From Pirellulales bacterium (GTDB lineage: Bacteria; Planctomycetota; Planctomycetia; Pirellulales; PALSA-1355): DNA of 64,000 nucleotides. Positions within the stretch are counted from its first letter, which is position 1. Each line of letters begins with the position of its first letter. Shown piece by piece: positions 58,576 to 64,000 of this stretch. The stretch is taken from positions 193,236 through 257,235 of the forward strand of contig JALHMI010000002.1 in the NCBI GenBank assembly GCA_022844125.1, in the 5' to 3' direction. Both the position numbers and the translations under genes were made by a program. The notes beneath the pieces are model-generated. The model ran no database searches. It saw only the letters and a list, made by a program, of their open reading frames with translations, and was not told where the DNA came from.

Positions 58576-59103
58576 GTGGGCCAGGCAAAAATGAACCCAC
58601 TGGATCGCTATCTTGTTTGGCTCGGGGGCGGCACGCTTGCGGCGCTCGCCCTGTCCTGGATTGCCTTTCAGATCCAGCAGCAGCAGTTCGCTCCGGTCGT
58701 GTTGTTTCCGCTCGCGGTGGGCCTGATCTTCGGCGGCCTGCTGGTGTTGCTCAATCGGGTGGCGCTTGTGTCAAGCCTGGCCCTGCTCATCGGCTGCACG
58801 GGCGCCTGGGGCCTGTTACTCGTAGTGGCCCAGGACTACATTGGACATCAGACGCGACTCGCGGCGCTGGACGAACAGATTGCGGCCAGCCATCCGCTGG
58901 CTGCGGCCATGGCGAACCAGACCGACGTGCGGCCGACCTTTGGCGAACACCTGGTAGCGCGGGTTCGCAGCCAGCCCGTGTGGTGGCCGCTCGACGTGCT
59001 CCTGATTGTCGCGACCGCCTGCGGTTTGGTCGTAGTTGGCACGCGAGCAAGAGTACAACGCGAGCAAAAGCACACCGAACAGCAGGGCCACGAGAGCGTA
59101 TGA
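58576..59103 (+). CDS. Hypothetical membrane protein (about 170 aa, 4 predicted TM helices)
   Basis: Hydrophobic segments LGGGTLAALALSWIAF, VVLFPLAVGLIFGGLLVLL, LALLIGCTGAWGLLLVV, LDVLLIVATACGLVVVG. GTG 58576 abuts the trpS stop; ATG 58591 is an alternative. Its stop overlaps the acpS ATG (ATGA). Confidence 0.5.
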   Translation: MGQAKMNPLDRYLVWLGGGTLAALALSWIAFQIQQQQFAPVVLFPLAVGLIFGGLLVLLNRVALVSSLALLIGCTGAWGLLLVVAQDYIGHQTRLAALDEQIAASHPLAAAMANQTDVRPTFGEHLVARVRSQPVWWPLDVLLIVATACGLVVVGTRARVQREQKHTEQQGHESV

Positions 59104-59525
59104 GTCAAATTCTCGGCATCGGCACCGACATCATCGAGTGCCTCCGCATTGCGCAGATGATCGAGCGCCACGGCGAGCTGTTCATTACCCGGGTCTACAC
59201 ACCGCACGAGATTCAATACTGCCAGACCCGCAAACAGGCCACGCAACACTTCGCCGGTCGCTGGGCCGCCAAGGAAGCGGTGCTCAAGGCGCTCGGCACC
59301 GGCTGGCGCAAAGGCATCAGCTGGCGCGACATCGAAGTCCGCAATGATCCCGGCGGACGCCCCTCGGTCGTACTCCGAGCCGGAGCGCGCGACGTGCTCG
59401 AGGCCCGCGGCATCGACACGATCCACATCAGCATCTCGCACTGCCGCAGCCATGCCACGGCCTATGCCATTGCCGAAGGGCCGGAGAGGGAGCCCGAGGA
59501 TGTGGATGACGAGCAGGACGGTTAG
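59100..59525 (+). CDS. acpS: Holo-[acyl-carrier-protein] synthase
   Basis: MSQILGIGTDIIECLRIAQMIERHGELFITRVYTPHEIQYC...FAGRWAAKEAVLKALGTG...ISISHC. This is the 3' part of the longer ORF-track entry 58617..59525. Confidence 0.85.
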   Translation: MSQILGIGTDIIECLRIAQMIERHGELFITRVYTPHEIQYCQTRKQATQHFAGRWAAKEAVLKALGTGWRKGISWRDIEVRNDPGGRPSVVLRAGARDVLEARGIDTIHISISHCRSHATAYAIAEGPEREPEDVDDEQDG

Positions 59526-60598
59526 GACGCCCTGCACTGCCACTCGACGGCCATCATCAGCACATTCACTCCCGAGCCAATGCCCATCAAGGCCGCAAGA
59601 TCGCCGGCCTGCAACACCCCGGCTTCGGCCGCCTTCGCCAGCGTAATGGGCAGCGCCACCGAGCCCGTGTTCCCCAGTGTTTCGTACGTTGTGAAGTCCC
59701 GCGCCGGATCGAGGTCCAACGTGCTCAGCATCAATTTGCGGTGAGCGCTCCCCACTTGGTGGCAGATCGTGCGAGCGATGTCCGCTCGCGACCACCCTGC
59801 TTCGTGCAGAAAGCCCTGGAACGTCGGCCCAGCCGCGGCGATGCCTTCGACCAGCAGCAACTCGCTGTCCGTCTGCATCACCGGCGCGACACTTGTGATC
59901 GAACCATCAGCACCTGGCACCGGCTGATACGTCCCGCGGCAGAGAGCGTTCCCCGTCGTGTGAGCCCGGCCGTGGGCGGCCAGAATCCGGCTTCCCTTAC
60001 GGCCTAACTCACGATGTGTGAGCAGCACCGCCACGCTCCCCGAGCCGAGCGTCAGAGTGGCGACGGCCAGCTTCATCTGGTCGCGCGTGAGCGACTCGTC
60101 GGTGTTGAGCAGCCGAATCGTGTTTTCGACGATTGGCCGGGCGTCTTCCGTGCCCACGACGATGCCTGCCCGAACCTGGCCCAGCTCAATTGCGTTCGCC
60201 ACCTGGATCATGCCATTCAGGATGCCCAGGCAGGCGTTCGAAACGTCGTACACCAGGCACTCGGCCGGCAGACCCGCCTCGTAATGTACCCGGCAGGCGG
60301 TGGCCGGCTCGATATAGTCGCGACAGACCGAGGCGTGCACCAGCATCCCTACCTCGCGCGGATCGATCTGCGCATTTTCCAGCAGCTTGCGCACGCTGAC
60401 GATGCTGTGATCCCCCGGCAGCGCGCCGACAGGCCAGAACCGCCGTTCGCGAATTCCGGTCATGAGTTCCAGGCGTCCCTCGGGCAGCCGCAGCCGGCGG
60501 TAGAGCGGCTCCAGTCGGGCTTCGAGGTCCGTAGAGCTGACGATTTCCTCGGGCAGCGCGTAGGCGAGGCCCTCAAGGGCGACGTTTGAGTACTTCAT
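59522..60598 (-). CDS. 3-oxoacyl-ACP synthase III (FabH-like KAS III family)
   Basis: Cys-His-Asn triad contexts: VSNACLGILNG, ICHQVGSAHRK, LGNTGSVALPI. 358 aa. Confidence 0.75.
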   Translation of the reverse strand: MKYSNVALEGLAYALPEEIVSSTDLEARLEPLYRRLRLPEGRLELMTGIRERRFWPVGALPGDHSIVSVRKLLENAQIDPREVGMLVHASVCRDYIEPATACRVHYEAGLPAECLVYDVSNACLGILNGMIQVANAIELGQVRAGIVVGTEDARPIVENTIRLLNTDESLTRDQMKLAVATLTLGSGSVAVLLTHRELGRKGSRILAAHGRAHTTGNALCRGTYQPVPGADGSITSVAPVMQTDSELLLVEGIAAAGPTFQGFLHEAGWSRADIARTICHQVGSAHRKLMLSTLDLDPARDFTTYETLGNTGSVALPITLAKAAEAGVLQAGDLAALMGIGSGVNVLMMAVEWQCRAS

Positions 60599-61094
60599 AT
60601 GCTGTCATGCTACCGCGCTCTAAACTGTTTGTTAACAGGATGTTGTGCTAGCGTTTTTCGGTCGGGCCAAAATAAGCGAAGGCGCTTGTAAATCTCGCGC
60701 TGCGGCTTACATTCCGACTCCACTTGCATTCCCCATCGCGGGACAACACGGCAATGCCGTAGAGGAGTTTCGAGGCCGCACAACAACACCCATTGGGAAA
60801 AATTGCTCCGGCGATGGGCGCCCAGGACGGGCCCTTCAAGGCAGCAGCTTTCCCCCGGCAGTGGTGTCCGCATCAGGGACGATGCGAGATTCGTCCTCTC
60901 TTGATGCGCTCGCCCGAACTGGGGGACTCGCTTCGGCTTCATGTGTAGCCGACCAGCGAGCGTGGCGCGACAGCTGCCCGACGCGAGGGCTATCGCCTCA
61001 GCATTCTTTCCCGCACGGGACCGCGGGCTCGTGGCGTTCTGTTCCGCCCTGTTCTTTCATCGCGACAAAGGAAATGTCGCAGGAGTGCAATCAC

Positions 61095-61838
61095 ATGCGA
61101 TCGAAGCCGCTCATTGGTCTGAATGCCGACTTTCGCGCCGCCAAAAAGGATGCCCCCGCGTTCACTTACGTTTGTGCCGGATACTACGATTCCATCCTCG
61201 AAGCCGGCGGGGTGCCGGTTATTCTGCCCCCGACCCGAGAAGACGCCGACTTGAACCGCCTCCTGGACATGCTCGACGGCGTGGTGCTCGTGGGCGGCGG
61301 TGATCTCGATCCACGCCGCGACGGCTACATGCTGCATCCCTCGGTGCGTCCGATCGACGCGCGCCGCGAAGAGTTCGATCGCCGGTTAATGGCGAACATT
61401 GCCAAGCGTCGAATGCCCGTCTTCGGCGTCGGCACGGGCATGCAACTGATCAACGTCACGCTCGGCGGCACGCTTTTCTTGCATATCCCGGAAGACCTGC
61501 CCAAGGCCCTGCCCCACAAGGACCTGATCGATCCGGCCCATCGCCACGGTCTGGAAGTCGTGCCCGGCACGCTCATGGAGCGGGTTTACGGCGACGGCGA
61601 AATCCGCGTCAACAGCCTGCACCACATGGCCATCGACGACGTCGCCCCAGGTTTCATGGTCTCGGCCCGCTGCCCCGACGGTGTGATCGAAGCTATCGAA
61701 AGCACGACCGACTGGCTGGCCTTCGGCACGCAGTTCCACCCGGAAAGCGATTCGGCCTCAGCCCTCGATCAACGGATCTTCGAAGAATTCCTGTGCGGCA
61801 TCACGGGCGAAGTCGCCACGGTGAAACTAGTCGCCTAA
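61095..61838 (+). CDS. Peptidase C26 / class-I glutamine amidotransferase-like (PuuD family) protein apparently lacking the nucleophile Cys
   Basis: VVLVGGGDLDP..., VNSLHHMAI and FGTQFHPES match the PuuD/C26 pattern. The expected GICRGMQ nucleophile elbow reads GVGTGMQ (Gly codon at 61431..61433). The start is ATG 61095 (AGGAG 9 nt upstream) or ATG 61074. Confidence 0.65.
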   Translation: MRSKPLIGLNADFRAAKKDAPAFTYVCAGYYDSILEAGGVPVILPPTREDADLNRLLDMLDGVVLVGGGDLDPRRDGYMLHPSVRPIDARREEFDRRLMANIAKRRMPVFGVGTGMQLINVTLGGTLFLHIPEDLPKALPHKDLIDPAHRHGLEVVPGTLMERVYGDGEIRVNSLHHMAIDDVAPGFMVSARCPDGVIEAIESTTDWLAFGTQFHPESDSASALDQRIFEEFLCGITGEVATVKLVA

Positions 61839-61905
61839 ATGACTCAGCGAAGCTAATCGCCTAGAAGACGCAGTAAAGCTCTTCGCCTAGTCGACGCGAA
61901 CGAAC
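61828..61905 (+). repeat. Three tandem 26 bp units, each containing TCGCCTA(A/G); the first unit includes the stop codon of the preceding gene
   Basis: Units are 61828..61853, 61854..61879 and 61880..61905. Units 1 and 2 match at 20/26 positions; units 2 and 3 at 16/26. TCGCCTA recurs at exactly 26 bp spacing. Confidence 0.6.
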
Positions 61906-62267
61906 AAGTCGGGCCCGCAACCTCCGGCGGCGCGGGCGCAGACCTGATGGATCAGGTTAGCGTCCGCGCCGCTCTTTGGGCGCGTGCTCGCGCGCACTGC
62001 GGCGCCCTGGCCCATCGCGGCTTCAATCCGCATCTTCGCTATAGAAGCGCCCGGCTGGTGAGGAATTCCACTCTTCCGTTTGGCGAAGGTAGAGAGTCTG
62101 CGCGGTGGCTGACGATATCTTAAACCACGTGGCTCGGGCTGACCGCCCTAGGCGAAGTCGCATCGGGCCCTGGCGAAGGGTGTTCGCGCATCCTTTGTCT
62201 TCGGCAAGCGAAAGACGCCGTGCGAGCACACCTGGCACTCGAATCGACCATCCTGAAGACCTCCCCG

Positions 62268-62849
62268 ATGAAAGTAGCCACCCCGCATTACTTGCTGTTC
62301 TCCGAATCCTGCCGGCAGGATGAGCAAGGGCAATGGCGGTTCGTCTTGCAATCTGACGATGGCGCAAAGCAGCTCGAAGCGACCGATGCGGAGCCCGACG
62401 TAGGCGGCGACCGCCTCGAGCTGCTAGCCGTAGTGCGGGGGCTTGAAGCCCTGGAACAGCCCTCGCGAGTGACGCTTGTCACTCCCAGCAAATATGTGAA
62501 TCGCGGCCTGGCCTTCGGCCTGGAAGACTGGCGCGAGAATAACTGGGAGTGGGAGCACTACGGCGAAATGGTCCCGGTCAAGAACCGCGACCTGTGGCAG
62601 CGCGTCGATCGCGCGCTGCAGTTTCACGAGCTGGAATGCCGGGTCTGGCGTTTTGATCCACCGCATACGGCTGCGGCCGCGGCGGTCACGCCACACCTGG
62701 CGACGGTTGATCATCAGCGGCAGCGAGCCCGAACAGCTACCGGGCTTTGGCCGGCGGTGTTGGACTGGCTGCGATTCCAGTTCGCCGTGGCGAGGGCCTG
62801 GCTTAGCCTGTCGCGCGGGCGAAGTTCGCCCCTCATTCGGTTTCAATAA
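62268..62849 (+). CDS. RNase HI-like domain protein with a degenerate active site and a non-homologous Arg/Trp-rich C-terminal tail
   Basis: GDRLELLAVVRGLEAL and PVKNRDLWQRVDRAL align with E. coli RNase HI NNRMELMAAIVALEAL and PVKNVDLWQRLDAAL. The TDS (Asp70) position reads TPS (Pro codon at 62484..62486). The GHxGHxxNExxD C-terminal segment is absent. Confidence 0.6.
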   Translation: MKVATPHYLLFSESCRQDEQGQWRFVLQSDDGAKQLEATDAEPDVGGDRLELLAVVRGLEALEQPSRVTLVTPSKYVNRGLAFGLEDWRENNWEWEHYGEMVPVKNRDLWQRVDRALQFHELECRVWRFDPPHTAAAAAVTPHLATVDHQRQRARTATGLWPAVLDWLRFQFAVARAWLSLSRGRSSPLIRFQ

Positions 62850-62949
62850 GTCGGGTCAAGTTCGGGGGTTGGGCTTGATCCTGGGTAAGCTCGGCGGATT
62901 TTGCGGCTAGACTTGCCCCCTCATGTGCTCAAGAATCACTAGGAACAAG

Positions 62950-64000
62950 ATGACGATGACGACGCGCACCACGGTGGAGTTGGACAAGCTGGGCCCCCTG
63001 TTGGACGGCCACGATGAGAATCCATTCGCGCTACTCGGACCGCACGAGGTCCTGACCGCGGGACGCCGGGCATTGGCTGTTCGCGCCTACCTCCCCGGCA
63101 CGTCGCAGGCCTGGGTAGTCGATCCCGAACATCGACGCAACCAACCGATGCGGCAGATCCACCCGGCCGGGATCTTTGAAGCTATTTGCCCGCTGGAAAA
63201 CAAGCAACCGCAGCATCGCTACCAGTTAAAGACCGCCGACACGCGGGGAACCGAACGCACCATGCACGATCCTTACGCCTTTCCGCCGCTGCTCTCTGAA
63301 TTCGATCTGTACCTGCTCGGCGAAGGCAAGCATTGGGCCAGCTACCAGAAGCTCGGTGCGCAGATCCGCGAAATCGACTCGATCCGCGGCGTAAACTTCG
63401 CCGTCTGGGCGCCCAACGCCACCGGAGTCAGCGTCGTCGGCGACTTCAACCAGTGGGATTCACGCCGCCATCCGATGCGCAAGCACGTTCCCAGCGGCAT
63501 CTGGGAACTGTTCATGCCGGGCCTGGAAGCGGGGGCGATCTACAAGTACCACATTCGCCATCGCGATCAGGTGCTCGAGAAGTCCGATCCTTACGGCTTC
63601 GCCGCCGAATTGCCGCCGCGTACGGCGTCGATCGTGACTGACCTCTCGCAATACACGTGGAACGACAACGCGTGGATGGCCGGTCGCCATCGCAATCACG
63701 CGCTCGACGCGCCGATGTCAGTCTACGAAGTGCACCTTGGTAGCTGGCAGCGCTCGACCGAAAATGCGAACGGCTGGCTCAACTACCGCGAACTGGCACA
63801 CCGCCTCGTGGCCTACTGCCAGGAAATGGGCTACACGCACCTCGAACTGATGCCGATCAGCGAGCACCCGTTCACTGGAAGCTGGGGCTACCAGACCGTC
63901 GGCTACTACTCGGTTACCAGCCGCTATGGCAGGCCCGACGACTTCATGTACTTCGTGGACTACTGCCACCAGAATAACATCGGTGTGCTGATCGACTGGG
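62950..64000 (+). CDS. glgB: 1,4-alpha-glucan branching enzyme, N-terminal 350 codons; continues beyond the window
   Basis: Not in the ORF track (no stop in the window). My translation from ATG 62950 gives ...NPFALLGPH...GVNFAVWAPNATGVSVVGDFNQWDSRRHPMR...GIWELFMPG...YKY...DPYGF...SVYEVHLGSW...YTHLELMPISEHPFTGSWGYQTVGYYSVTSRYGRPDDFMYFVDYCHQNNIGVLIDW. Confidence 0.9.
   Translation, partial: MTMTTRTTVELDKLGPLLDGHDENPFALLGPHEVLTAGRRALAVRAYLPGTSQAWVVDPEHRRNQPMRQIHPAGIFEAICPLENKQPQHRYQLKTADTRGTERTMHDPYAFPPLLSEFDLYLLGEGKHWASYQKLGAQIREIDSIRGVNFAVWAPNATGVSVVGDFNQWDSRRHPMRKHVPSGIWELFMPGLEAGAIYKYHIRHRDQVLEKSDPYGFAAELPPRTASIVTDLSQYTWNDNAWMAGRHRNHALDAPMSVYEVHLGSWQRSTENANGWLNYRELAHRLVAYCQEMGYTHLELMPISEHPFTGSWGYQTVGYYSVTSRYGRPDDFMYFVDYCHQNNIGVLIDW

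Noticed and set aside
60645-61094. N-terminal extensions proposed by the ORF track. Examples: 60645..61094 ahead of the GATase-like gene, 58617..59099 ahead of acpS, 56328..56615 ahead of pyrD, 24472..24816 ahead of the POT transporter, 11244..11480 ahead of ppk1.
   Set aside because: - The extensions are Arg/Pro-rich with no homology pattern.
- They overlap neighbouring genes or divergent promoters.
- Internal starts have better ribosome-binding sites or match the canonical N-termini of the families.
61839-62849. Retron- or defence-like interpretation of the non-coding region plus the RNase H-like gene.
   Set aside because: No reverse transcriptase, no msr/msd-like long inverted repeats flanking a structured region, and no effector gene. 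The RNase H-like protein seems to lack catalytic residues. Only the repeat and pseudo-enzyme observations are retained.
1-64000. Search for CRISPR arrays, rRNA, tRNA, transposases, integrases, prophage genes, toxin-antitoxin pairs or known defence-system genes.
   Set aside because: I saw no regularly spaced direct repeats, no tRNA-like T-arm or acceptor patterns, and no DDE, tyrosine- or serine-recombinase motifs in any called ORF. The window looks like core chromosome plus Planctomycete-specific accessory families.

Overview
This is a 64 kb, high-GC, densely coding chromosomal segment. Coding density is about 90%, with roughly 48 genes. I found no rRNA, tRNA, CRISPR array, transposase or integrase.

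The gene families point to a Planctomycetota genome, probably Pirellulales-like:
- a DUF1559 pseudopilin with the H-X9-DG motif plus its small lipoprotein partner
- a DUF1549/DUF1553 + DUF1501 pair
- two giant PVC-type CxxCH heme-binding proteins with HEAT repeats
- a TIGR03067-like protein
- several Cys-type sulfatases
- PEP-CTERM proteins
- repeated DUF1080 modules

The housekeeping genes I recognise are ppk1, sucA, sucB, moaD, moaE, moaA, pyrD, trpS, acpS, glgB (partial) and an IHF/HU-like gene.

All family calls come from motifs read in the translated ORFs. No database search was possible. Start codons were refined by hand, because the ORF track extends to the furthest ATG/GTG/TTG.

I did not find a clear-cut defence or mobile system. 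The loci most worth follow-up are:
1. A tightly packed minus-strand cluster: HLD-type hydrolase, orphan CitG-like enzyme, PTPS/QueD-like enzyme, DUF1080 protein, TspO. It may act in pterin (methanopterin-type) cofactor chemistry.
2. A serine protease-DUF1080-SirB1/TPR triple fusion.
3. A divergent pair of PEP-CTERM paralogues around an 822 bp ORF-poor spacer that carries a near-consensus promoter and GAGAC-containing palindromes.
4. Two adjacent apparently catalytically degenerate enzyme homologues: a C26/GATase-like protein lacking the nucleophile Cys, and an RNase HI-like protein lacking an active-site Asp. A 3 x 26 bp tandem repeat lies between them.
5. A YdiJ-type FAD/Fe-S oxidase translationally coupled to moaD-moaE-moaA, a cysteine desulfurase and a YkgJ-type protein.
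6. A sulfatase/PhoD-like/sulfatase operon with overlapping stop-start codons, next to a sialidase.
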